Assembly: GCA_048571215.1 (NCBI GenBank)
Contig: CP182352.1
Span: 1,888,001-1,952,000 of the forward strand
DNA: 64,000 bases
Direction: 5' to 3'
Source of the DNA: Halarcobacter sp.
Lineage (GTDB): Bacteria > Campylobacterota > Campylobacteria > Campylobacterales > Arcobacteraceae
Below are positions 50,595 to 59,550 of this stretch, piece by piece. A model generated the notes under the pieces. It did not search any database and was not told the DNA's origin. It saw nothing but the letters and a program-made list of their open reading frames with translations. A program made the translations under genes and the position numbers. The first letter of the stretch is position 1. The number at the start of each line of letters is the position of its first letter.

Positions 50595-50827
50595 ATAGTC
50601 TGATATTATCAAATAAACAGACATAAAAAATATTTGTTTATTTGATAAAAATATTTCAAAATGCAATAATTTGATTCTTTTTTTACCAAAAGCATCAAAA
50701 TCTTTAAAATATAGATGAGCATTTAAAAATATTTTTGGCGTTATTTGAACAAAATGTCAGTTAATCGTAGGAAAAAAGTGTTAAATGTACATTATGCGGT
50801 TTATTTTCAAACCTTACATGTAAAAGT

Positions 50828-50989
50828 TTAGAGTTTATAGTTTCTTTCCCAACCAGAACGTCCAATTATAAAAGCTGTTGCTAAAGATGCATACTCTTCT
50901 TTAGATAACGAGTTGATATAATTTTTTATCTCATTTGATGACACTTGGAATTTTTGTATATTTTTAAAAATATTTTCTATTGGTTTCAT
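50828..50989 (-). CDS. 53-aa ORF or gene fragment (MKPIENIF...ATAFIIGRSGWERNYKL)
   Basis: Hand translation; ATGA overlap with the upstream stop; faint resemblance to DUF3775-type L..L..EE...L.A..IGR. Confidence 0.4.
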   Translation of the reverse strand: MKPIENIFKNIQKFQVSSNEIKNYINSLSKEEYASLATAFIIGRSGWERNYKL

Positions 50990-51534
50990 TTTTTTTCATT
51001 GTTATGTTTTGGCTTTGACGCTTCAAGGTAAAGTATTTGCTGAAACATCGTGTGAAACAAATGGCGCACCTCCGTTACAAAAAGTTTTGACAGCTTATCT
51101 TTCGATTTATGCGCTTTCCATATTTTATTGAAATTTTCAATAACGAGGCGTTGCTGCTCTACTGAAACCGAGTTTAGCGGCCTACTTTCTTGGCGCAAAA
51201 GAAGATTTTTTAACTCAACATCTATTACTCGATATTTTTCTGCATAGCAAAAATATGGAGTTTCGTATGATTCAACAAGAGAACTACATAAATCATCTAT
51301 TTTTTTAGCTACGCTTAACGTCTGCTCCTGTGTTTTTGTATCGAAAGCTGAAATAGTAGCTTCAGGTGTTGGTAATGCCTTCGCTAACGTTGATACAGAA
51401 TCAATAAATTTTGATACTGATATCACAATAATCCCAACGACAACCACAAAACCGACAGCCTTCAAGCTGAGTAGCTTGCCTAATATTTCCTTATGCGCTA
51501 CGACTGAGCCTTCATTTTTTACGTCATCTGACAT
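50986..51534 (-). CDS. Cassette: single-TM hypothetical protein, visibly more GC-rich than host
   Basis: AAGGA RBS before MSDDVK, after GTTATGT; matching ACATAAC at 51007-51001, but the rest of the attC is missing. Confidence 0.75.
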   Translation of the reverse strand: MSDDVKNEGSVVAHKEILGKLLSLKAVGFVVVVGIIVISVSKFIDSVSTLAKALPTPEATISAFDTKTQEQTLSVAKKIDDLCSSLVESYETPYFCYAEKYRVIDVELKNLLLRQESRPLNSVSVEQQRLVIENFNKIWKAHKSKDKLSKLFVTEVRHLFHTMFQQILYLEASKPKHNNEKK

Positions 51535-51549
51535 TGCGGATCCTTGTAA

Positions 51550-51618
51550 ACATAACGTTTGAGTTGAGAAATATTTGAGCCGCAGGGTCAAATATTTCTT
51601 TCCAATGATTTGTTATAT
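51550..51618 (-). repeat. attC site F (69 bp)
   Basis: ATATAAC AAATC ATTGGAAAGAAATATTTGACCCTGCGGCTCAAATATTTCTCAACT CAAAC GTTATGT. Confidence 0.9.
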
Positions 51619-52100
51619 ATTTTTGATTGCATTATAACAATACTTCTTGATAGGAAGATACCACTTAGTGAACCATATAAAAAACTAATAGCAATAATAA
51701 ACCCTAACTCATGTATAATAGATAATTCCCTTGCAAGTGCAACTCCAACAAAATATTTAATAAAGAATATAACTAGTATAAGAACCATAGGCATCCAACT
51801 ACCTGGAATATAAAAAACATCTTCAGATTCATTATATTTAATATTTTTAGGAAACGACAATTTTAATCCTATAAGTAAAAATATAAATCCGCCAATAAAC
51901 CATAGTCCTACTGGTGTTATCATTGTTCCAAAAGCAGAAAAAACACCAAATAATGATAGTAGGATCATAGCAATAGGTAAAGTAAATATTCTTTTTAATT
52001 TTACTTCTCTATCTTTTGTTTGTGTATATCCTAAAAAAACCAAACCTATAAACAATATAAAAACCCATATGGGTGTATGCTGAATTATTTCAAGAATCAA
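51588..52100 (-). CDS. Cassette: membrane protein, DUF6622-like
   Basis: HTPIWVFILF..LG..Q..DR; IPGSWMPMVLIL.IF..KY; ORF ends inside attC F. Confidence 0.75.
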   Translation of the reverse strand: MILEIIQHTPIWVFILFIGLVFLGYTQTKDREVKLKRIFTLPIAMILLSLFGVFSAFGTMITPVGLWFIGGFIFLLIGLKLSFPKNIKYNESEDVFYIPGSWMPMVLILVIFFIKYFVGVALARELSIIHELGFIIAISFLYGSLSGIFLSRSIVIMQSKIYNKSLERNI

Positions 52101-52115
52101 TCTTATTCCTTTTAT

Positions 52116-52150
52116 ATATAACTATTTATTAAACACACATTATATATATA
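52116..52150 (-). other. Candidate attI-like entry site 1 with TATAAT
   Basis: TATATATATAATGTGTGTTTAATAAATA-GTTATAT; core complements ATATAAC of attC F. Confidence 0.65.
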
Positions 52151-52433
52151 ATAACCTAAAAATCAATAAATATCATACAATATAAATGTCGTATATTAAA
52201 ATAAATACAAAGCCTTTAAATAAAGTGTTCATCAGTATTTTACTCTAAAAAATACTGCAATACATAATATTTTTTAAATATATTTTAACTTTCTAATATA
52301 GTTTTTATGTACGTTTTATATCGATATTTAGATGATAATAGTACATTTTGTATGTATATTAAGATAATATCGTAATAACATACATTATGTTATATTTATT
52401 AAGAAGTCAATTATTAATCCAATTTATAACTAA

Positions 52434-53144
52434 TTAGCCTCTTTCTATCAAATACCCCAAACCTTTTTTTGAAACAATAAAATCGTCATCAGATATCTTA
52501 TCTTTAACCCTTTTTATAACTGTACGCATAGTTGCATCGGAAGTATTGATATCATTCCAGATGAACTCTTTTAGATACTCTTTTGTTTTTATCTCTTTTA
52601 TATTTTTAACTAAAGCTTCTAAAAGTAGTTTCTCTTTTTTTGATAAGTTTACTAACTCATCATTTCTATATAGAAGATTTGTTTTTCTATTGTATTGATA
52701 TGTGCTATTTAAATCTATGACTTCTTCCTCAGGGCTTGCATTTGATTTCTCTTCTAGAACTTTTGATTTTACTTTTTTTAACATCTCCATCATATTTTTT
52801 ACTTCCAAAGGTTTTACAAAATATGAGATTACATTTAGATTTATCGATTTGAAAAGGTACTCTTCATCTTTATATGCTGATACTATTATAAATTTTTGGT
52901 CTTCATTTATATTTGTAATATGTTCTATCATAGATAATCCATCAAGTTTTGGCATTTGGATATCTGTTAAAACTAAATCAAAAGTTTTATTATCTTGGTA
53001 TGCCTTCTCATAAAGTTCCAAGCCCTCTTTCCCATCACAAGCTATTGATACTTTATCAAAAACCGTATCAAGGTAGAAACTTAATATCTCTCTTGCATCC
53101 TCTTCATCTTCAACTAATAATACTCTTGTAATATATTCATTCAT
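52434..53144 (-). CDS. OmpR-type response regulator
   Basis: LLVEDE; TDIQMPKLDG; KP; winged-helix tail (KGLGY). Confidence 0.93.
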   Translation of the reverse strand: MNEYITRVLLVEDEEDAREILSFYLDTVFDKVSIACDGKEGLELYEKAYQDNKTFDLVLTDIQMPKLDGLSMIEHITNINEDQKFIIVSAYKDEEYLFKSINLNVISYFVKPLEVKNMMEMLKKVKSKVLEEKSNASPEEEVIDLNSTYQYNRKTNLLYRNDELVNLSKKEKLLLEALVKNIKEIKTKEYLKEFIWNDINTSDATMRTVIKRVKDKISDDDFIVSKKGLGYLIERG

Positions 53145-53161
53145 TTTATTATCCTGTGAAG

Positions 53162-55771
53162 TTAAATATTTAGTGTGATAATAAACTTCACACCATCTTC
53201 TATATTTTCTACTTCGATTTTTCCTTTCATATTAGTTTCAATAATTGACTTTGTCATATAAAGTCCTATTCCTGTCCCCTGACATTCAAACTTTGTTGTA
53301 AAATATGGCTCATAAATCTTGTATAAAATCTCTTCATCTATATTTCCTCCATTGTTTGATATTTCCAAGATTAGCTTAGTATCATCTTTGTGAAGTGATA
53401 TATTAATCAAGGCTTCAAAATCCTCTTTCTCTTTTTTTGCAAGTAAAGCGTCTTTTGCATTATTTAAGATATTTAATAAAGCTTGTTTTAGTTCATTTTC
53501 ATAATTAGTTATCTCTATCTTTTCATATTTAAAATCTATTTTGATATTTTCACTTTCATATTGGTTTCTAACCATATCCAATAGTGTATCAATAGACTCA
53601 TTTACATAAAACTTATTTTGTGTTTTAGATGGTTTGTAAAAATTTCTAAAATCATCTATTGTTTCACTCATATACTCTATATGTTTATTTGCTTTGTTCA
53701 TAAATTTATCAAGCTTTTCATCACTTACATCTTTATTTTTATAATTATCTCGTAAGAATTGAAGTATCAATGATACGTTATTTAGTGGTTGTCTCCATTG
53801 GTGGGCTATATTACCCAACATCTCTCCCATGGCTGCTAGTTTATTTTGTTGGATTAGGATTCTATCTTTGTCTCTATTTTTTGAAAGTTCCTCTTCAACT
53901 TTTAATTTAAGTTCCTCTTCACTAAGTTTTATTTTAGTTATATCATTTAAATAACCGTAAAATTGGCTTACCTGCCCTGAATGGTTTTTTATAAGTATTA
54001 CCCTACTTGATATCCATCTTGTCTCATTTGCAGCGTTAATCATTCGACAAATAAAAGTAAAATTTGGCAGGTCTTTTTTTACAGCTGCATTAATAGCAAC
54101 TTGTACCTTGTCAACATCTTCTTTATGAATAAGATCCATAAACTTCATATTCTCTTGTTCAAACTCTTTTTTACTATATCCAAAAGTTTGAATACTATTT
54201 GAGATATATTGCACTGACAAATCTTCATTATTTAGAAGTTTAAAAATTACAATTTTTCCATCTTCAACTAATAATTCAACATCAAGTAGTTCTTTTTTCA
54301 TTCTTTTATTTTTGTCTATATCCATAGACATCATAAGCATTCTATCTAGTTCACCATTTTCATCTAAAAAAGATTTACCCCTTGCTAAAACCCATTTAAA
54401 ACCTTCATTTTTTGTCTTTAATCTATACTCACAAATAAAAGTATCATCACCTTTTGCAAAGATTTTATCAAAGAGTTTTTCGACCTTTACTTTATCTGCA
54501 TTATGAATCAAATCAAACCAGTCCGAAAAAGTCAAAACTTCATCTTTTTCATACCCAAACATATCTAACCATTTATCAGAAAAATATATTTTTTCTGTCT
54601 TAAGATCAATATCCCACAATCCATCATTTGAAGCGATAATTGCCAGCTCAAATCTTTTTTTCCAATGTATTAAAGATACTTTTCCATCTTCGAGTTCATC
54701 ATTATATTCTGTAATAATATTTTTAATAAAATTTGTAAAAAGATATGTAAGTAAAATAAGAAATCCAGCCCCAACTAAAATATACATTAATATTCTAAAA
54801 AGTAGATTTCTATACTCCTTTTCGATTTTATAAATTGTATCTTTTAACTGATTTTCAATAATATCTTTATCATAAATAGTGGAAACCAAAAAATCAAATT
54901 TATCATAAAAATAACTAAAGTTTTTAAACTCATCATTGTAATCAAAACTATTCAAATAATGTTTTACGATTTCATATGATTTATTATTTTTTCTATTCTT
55001 AAATATATCACTAGAATCTTCATATCTCTTATTGCCATTAAAGTTATATGTCTTTTGAGAAATAATATCATAAAACCATATTGGAAAATTCTTATTATTG
55101 ATTGCAGTTATAATAGCTGTTTTAGTAATCTCTTTAATTGAATTTATTGTGGAAAAAGAGCCAATAAAATACTCTTTATTGTTGATAGTTAATTTATCAA
55201 AAAAACTCAATCTAACTGTTCGTGCAACATCATCTTTCCAATATTGAAGGTTATCATTACCTTGAGAATATATATATTTTAAAATAAACTCTTTGTATTT
55301 TTTATTTTTATAACTATAAATTAGATTTCCTAAATATAAAATTGAATTTTCACCATATAAAATTTTTAAATCATCTTTTGTAAAAATTACGATATTTAGA
55401 TCATTTGTATTTTCTATATTTTTTATATAGCTATCCAAGTTTTTTTTATCTTTTAATTTATTTGCTTGTATAAATCCAACTACTTTATAAGTGATATTTT
55501 TAAGGTGTATCTCTTCTTTAGAAAACCTATCTTTTAGCTTTTTGTCTATATAAGATCTAAATGCATTTATCTCTTCTTTTTTAGTAAATTCATAGTTTAA
55601 AAAGTATTTTTGTTTTAAAAGGTCTATTTCTCTACTTTGTTTAGAATCTAATATAAAAAAAGTAATAAGAAAAGATAATAGAGCAATTACAATTATAAAA
55701 ATAAGTGGAATCTGTGAATATAATCGCTCTATATCGTGTAAGCTATATTTTTTTTTGTTTTTTAAGATCAT
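53162..55771 (-). CDS. Sensor histidine kinase with periplasmic sensor and two PAS domains
   Basis: Two TMs; ASNDGLWD PAS; IAHQWRQPL H-box; NNGG; GTGIGLY. Confidence 0.93.
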   Translation of the reverse strand: MILKNKKKYSLHDIERLYSQIPLIFIIVIALLSFLITFFILDSKQSREIDLLKQKYFLNYEFTKKEEINAFRSYIDKKLKDRFSKEEIHLKNITYKVVGFIQANKLKDKKNLDSYIKNIENTNDLNIVIFTKDDLKILYGENSILYLGNLIYSYKNKKYKEFILKYIYSQGNDNLQYWKDDVARTVRLSFFDKLTINNKEYFIGSFSTINSIKEITKTAIITAINNKNFPIWFYDIISQKTYNFNGNKRYEDSSDIFKNRKNNKSYEIVKHYLNSFDYNDEFKNFSYFYDKFDFLVSTIYDKDIIENQLKDTIYKIEKEYRNLLFRILMYILVGAGFLILLTYLFTNFIKNIITEYNDELEDGKVSLIHWKKRFELAIIASNDGLWDIDLKTEKIYFSDKWLDMFGYEKDEVLTFSDWFDLIHNADKVKVEKLFDKIFAKGDDTFICEYRLKTKNEGFKWVLARGKSFLDENGELDRMLMMSMDIDKNKRMKKELLDVELLVEDGKIVIFKLLNNEDLSVQYISNSIQTFGYSKKEFEQENMKFMDLIHKEDVDKVQVAINAAVKKDLPNFTFICRMINAANETRWISSRVILIKNHSGQVSQFYGYLNDITKIKLSEEELKLKVEEELSKNRDKDRILIQQNKLAAMGEMLGNIAHQWRQPLNNVSLILQFLRDNYKNKDVSDEKLDKFMNKANKHIEYMSETIDDFRNFYKPSKTQNKFYVNESIDTLLDMVRNQYESENIKIDFKYEKIEITNYENELKQALLNILNNAKDALLAKKEKEDFEALINISLHKDDTKLILEISNNGGNIDEEILYKIYEPYFTTKFECQGTGIGLYMTKSIIETNMKGKIEVENIEDGVKFIITLNI

Positions 55772-55834
55772 TTAATAACCTGTTTCATAATTGTTTCAAG
55801 TGATACAATTATATTGAAACTTTACTAAATATTG

Positions 55835-56326
55835 CTAATTAATTAAAAATTGTCCTACTGATCTATCTTTTTTAAGTCTGTTATGCTCTACAACAACCCC
55901 ATGCATTGAGATATAAATTCCAGCTTTAATATCTGCATTTAAAAACCCCAAAGCTTGTGAGAAATTCATAGTTGCTTCAACCTCATCAATACTCATTGGA
56001 ACCATAGCACCAGTGAAAACTATCTTTTTACCTTCGATTTTTTCCTCAAAAAACTTTGAAGTTAAATCAACGGTATCTGTTCCATGTATGATTATGATTT
56101 TATCACTTGTGCTGTTTTTTACCTCATCTAAAATAGTTTGTCTATCATCATCTGTAAAATCCAAACTATCTTTAGAAACTATATTTTTAATATCAAAAGT
56201 TACATTATGACAAGATTTTATTATCTTGTCTAAGGCTATATTATCACTAGGAACTTCAAGTTTCCCTTTGATAGGGTTATATCTTTTATTAAAAGTTCCA
56301 CCAGTATTTAGAACTGTTACGGTCAT
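55835..56326 (-). CDS. Short asparaginase-domain protein
   Basis: TGGT and HGTDT catalytic motifs; TGAMVP; only 163 aa. Confidence 0.85.
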   Translation of the reverse strand: MTVTVLNTGGTFNKRYNPIKGKLEVPSDNIALDKIIKSCHNVTFDIKNIVSKDSLDFTDDDRQTILDEVKNSTSDKIIIIHGTDTVDLTSKFFEEKIEGKKIVFTGAMVPMSIDEVEATMNFSQALGFLNADIKAGIYISMHGVVVEHNRLKKDRSVGQFLIN

Positions 56327-57735
56327 TTAACTTCCTTTATTAGATTATTTACCATGTTTTCAGGTCTTAATAACTCATCTAACTCTTCTTTTGTAAATAG
56401 TTCTTGCTCTAAAATTATATCATATACTCTTTTGTCTGTTTTAAGTGCTTCTTTTGCTAAAGCTGAACTTTTTTCATATCCTAAAATTGGATTTAAACAA
56501 GTTACCAAAGTAACAGAGTTTAAGATATTGTTCATACATACATCTTCATTTGCAGTGATACCTTTTACACATTTTTCACCTAAAGAATAAAATGCTCTTC
56601 TCATCATATTTATTGAAGTAAATAGTTTATATGCAATTAATGGTTCAAATACATTAAGTTGTAATTGTCCACCTTCACTAGCTATAGAAATAGTTGTATC
56701 AGCACCAATTACCTCAAAGGCAACTTGATTTACAACTTCTGGAATTACTGGATTTACTTTTCCAGGCATAATTGAACTTCCAGGTTGCATTGGTGGAAGA
56801 TTTATCTCATTGAACCCTGCCCTTGGACCAGAACTTAAAAGTCTTAAATCATTACAAATCTTTGACATCTTGATTGCAACTCTTTTTAGTATCCCTGAGA
56901 TATGAACAAAAGCACCAGTATCTTGTGTTGCTTCTATTAAATCCCCTGCATTAATATAATCAATTCCAGTAACCTCTCTTAGGTTACTAATAACTTTTCT
57001 TTGATATGCAGGTTTTGAATTTATTCCTGTACCTATTGCAGTTGCACCTAGATTAACCTCTTTTAAAAGTGCTTGGGCGTCTCTTAATCTAAATATATCT
57101 TCATCAATCATAACAGCATAGGTTTTAAACTCTTGACCTAAGGTCATAGGAACAGCATCTTGAAGCTGTGTTCTTCCCATTTTAAGTACATCTTTAAACT
57201 CCACTGCTTTCTCTTCAAAACAATCCCTTAAAAACCGTAAACTATCTTTTAATTTATATATCAATTCATACAGAGTTAATTTTATAGCAGTAGGATATAC
57301 ATCATTTGTAGATTGACTCATATTAATATGGTTATTAGGATGGATAATATCATAAGAACTTCTTGGTTTTCCAAGTATCTCTAAAGCTCTATTTGCAATA
57401 ACTTCATTTGCATTCATATTTGTAGAAGTTCCCGCTCCACCTTGGATTGGATCAACTATAAACTCATCATGAAATTTTCCATCAATTATCTCATTACAAG
57501 CTTGAATTATTGCATCCCTTTGGATATCTGTTAAATCTCCCAATTCATAATTTGTTAAGGCACAAGATTTTTTAACCTTTGCAAGTGATTTAATAAAAGT
57601 TGGAAATAAAGATAAACTAGTATGAGTAATATCAAAATTCTCACTAGCTCTTAAAGTTTGTATCCCATAATAAGCATTACTCTCAATCTCTTTTTCACCC
57701 AAAAAATCTTTTTCAATTCTATATTTCTTTTCCAT
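56323..57735 (-). CDS. aspA: Aspartate ammonia-lyase
   Basis: YYGIQTLRA; QGGAGTSTNMNANEV; QSTNDVYPT; GSSIMPGKVNP. Confidence 0.95.
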   Translation of the reverse strand: MEKKYRIEKDFLGEKEIESNAYYGIQTLRASENFDITHTSLSLFPTFIKSLAKVKKSCALTNYELGDLTDIQRDAIIQACNEIIDGKFHDEFIVDPIQGGAGTSTNMNANEVIANRALEILGKPRSSYDIIHPNNHINMSQSTNDVYPTAIKLTLYELIYKLKDSLRFLRDCFEEKAVEFKDVLKMGRTQLQDAVPMTLGQEFKTYAVMIDEDIFRLRDAQALLKEVNLGATAIGTGINSKPAYQRKVISNLREVTGIDYINAGDLIEATQDTGAFVHISGILKRVAIKMSKICNDLRLLSSGPRAGFNEINLPPMQPGSSIMPGKVNPVIPEVVNQVAFEVIGADTTISIASEGGQLQLNVFEPLIAYKLFTSINMMRRAFYSLGEKCVKGITANEDVCMNNILNSVTLVTCLNPILGYEKSSALAKEALKTDKRVYDIILEQELFTKEELDELLRPENMVNNLIKEVK

Positions 57736-57934
57736 GTTTTCCCTTTATTTATAAATCATAATAGTATAAAACAAAAGTATGTAAAAAGTGTGCTTTTTGT
57801 TTTAAAGCAAAAGTATAACTACTTTGAGGAAAGTTTTTAATTATATATTAAAAGAAAAGTGATTTTTTAAAATAAAAAGAGTCACTTTTTTGTAAGTTAT
57901 AAATATATTGTTCACAATTTAAACACAAAATAAG

Positions 57935-57963
57935 TTGACATAGCACTTTTTTTTAGTTAGAAT
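57935..57963 (+). promoter_or_regulatory. sigma70 promoter of the ectoine-catabolism operon
   Basis: TTGACA-N17-TAGAAT. Confidence 0.8.
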
Positions 57964-57993
57964 TTTCTAAAATATACAAAAAGGAGTTAACAT

Positions 57994-58143
57994 ATGTGTT
58001 TTTATAATAATAAACTATTAGACTTAGAATATGTATTTGACTTGCTTATTAAATCAAATGATATGTATATTATTCCACGACCAATAAAACAAATTCAAAA
58101 CTTACTTATCCAAGATAGAAATTTTATTTTAGCTGCCAGGTAG
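57994..58143 (+). CDS. 49-aa upstream ORF, candidate leader peptide
   Basis: AAGGAG-N7-ATG; MCFYNNKLLDLEYVFDLLIKSNDMYIIPRPIKQIQNLLIQDRNFILAAR*. Confidence 0.7.
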   Translation: MCFYNNKLLDLEYVFDLLIKSNDMYIIPRPIKQIQNLLIQDRNFILAAR

Positions 58144-58296
58144 ACCCCACACAATTATCCTTGATTATTTTAATTGTCAAATTAAGTGATAAAATTTATC
58201 CTATATAAATAATTTATATATAAATATTATACTTAATTTAGCGGGTCTTATTTTAAAAATCAAAAAAAAAGTTATATTATTATTTAAGGAAAAAAA

Positions 58297-59541
58297 ATGG
58301 CAAACGAAACAAATATTTTTGAACAACACGAATCTGAAATTAGAGCATATTGTAGAGCAGTACCAACTGTTTTTAAATCTGCTAAAAATGCAGTGATGAT
58401 AGATGAAAACGATGATGATTATATAGATTTTTTTGCTGGAGCTGGAGTTTTAAACTTTGGTCACAACAATCAAAAAATGCAAGATGCAATTATAGAGTTT
58501 ATAAAAAATGATGGTGTAATCCAATCTTTAGATATGTTTACGGATGTAAAAAGAGATTTCATTCAAACTTTTGTAAAAACAATTTTAGAACCAAGAGGAA
58601 TGGGTGATTACAAACTTCAATTTACAGGTCCTACAGGAACAAATGCAGTTGAAGCAGCATTAAAACTAGCTAGAAAAGTTACAGGAAGAACTGAAGTAGT
58701 AGCTTTCCATAGAGGTTTTCATGGTATGACATTAGGAGCATTAGCTTGTACAGCTAATAATGCTTTTAGAAGTAGTTCAGGGGTTCCCTTAAACAATGTG
58801 ATTAGAGGTACATTTAACGATATGCATGCTTTAGAACTTATGAGACAACAAATAGAACATACAGGTTCAGGTCTTACACCTCCTGCTGCATTTTTAGTTG
58901 AACCTTTACAAGCTGAAGGTGGAGTTCATGAGGCTAGTTACGAATGGATTCAAGCTGTTCAAAAATTAGCAAAAGATACAGGTGCACTTTTAATTCTTGA
59001 TGATATTCAAGGAGCAAGTGGAAGAACAGGTAGTTATTTTAGTTTTGATGATATGGATTTAGACCCAGATATTATTGTTCTTGCAAAAGGTCTTGGTGGA
59101 CTTGGTACTCCTATTGGGATGTGCGTAAACAAACCAGAGCATGACAAGGCTTGGGGACCTGGACAACATACAGGTACATTTAGAGGTCAAGGCTTATCTT
59201 ATGTAGCAGGAAAAATTGGAATCGAATTCTTTAAAGATGAAACTTTTAACAATGAAACAAAAAGAAAAGGTGAAATTGTAAGAGCTGTTTTAGATGAACT
59301 TAACAATAAATATTCACAAGTTACTAGTGTAAGACAAAAAGGGATGATGCTAGCAATACAGTTTGATTCTCCTGCAACTGCAAAAGCTATCACAACTAAA
59401 TGTTTTGAAAATAAACTAATCATTGGTGCTTGCAGTACTGGTGAAATTATTAAATTTATTCCACCACTAACTATTGAAGATGAAACTTTAAAAGATGGTC
59501 TAGACAGATTTGTAGCTTCTGTTGAAGCAAGTTTAGGTTAA
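58297..59541 (+). CDS. Diaminobutyrate aminotransferase (EctB-like, class III PLP), probably catabolic here
   Basis: ESEIRAYCR; FFAGAGVLNFGHNN; QFTGPTGTNAVEAALKLARK; DDIQ; WGPGQHTGTFRG. Confidence 0.88.
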   Translation: MANETNIFEQHESEIRAYCRAVPTVFKSAKNAVMIDENDDDYIDFFAGAGVLNFGHNNQKMQDAIIEFIKNDGVIQSLDMFTDVKRDFIQTFVKTILEPRGMGDYKLQFTGPTGTNAVEAALKLARKVTGRTEVVAFHRGFHGMTLGALACTANNAFRSSSGVPLNNVIRGTFNDMHALELMRQQIEHTGSGLTPPAAFLVEPLQAEGGVHEASYEWIQAVQKLAKDTGALLILDDIQGASGRTGSYFSFDDMDLDPDIIVLAKGLGGLGTPIGMCVNKPEHDKAWGPGQHTGTFRGQGLSYVAGKIGIEFFKDETFNNETKRKGEIVRAVLDELNNKYSQVTSVRQKGMMLAIQFDSPATAKAITTKCFENKLIIGACSTGEIIKFIPPLTIEDETLKDGLDRFVASVEASLG

Positions 59542-59550
59542 GGAGTTATT

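Larger units (their letters stand above)
47849..52122 (-). mobile_element. Integron-type gene cassette array lacking an adjacent integrase (CALIN-like), 7 cassettes in two sub-arrays
   Basis: Co-oriented short ORFs, each followed by a ~70-bp imperfect palindrome NNNTAAC...GTTANNN; each cassette's leading 7-mer is the exact complement of its trailing 7-mer. Confidence 0.92.

Noticed and set aside
47849..51618. Spaced palindromic repeats read as a CRISPR array
   Set aside because: Repeats are ~70 bp and non-identical, and they are separated by whole ORFs; no cas genes are present. They fit attC sites.
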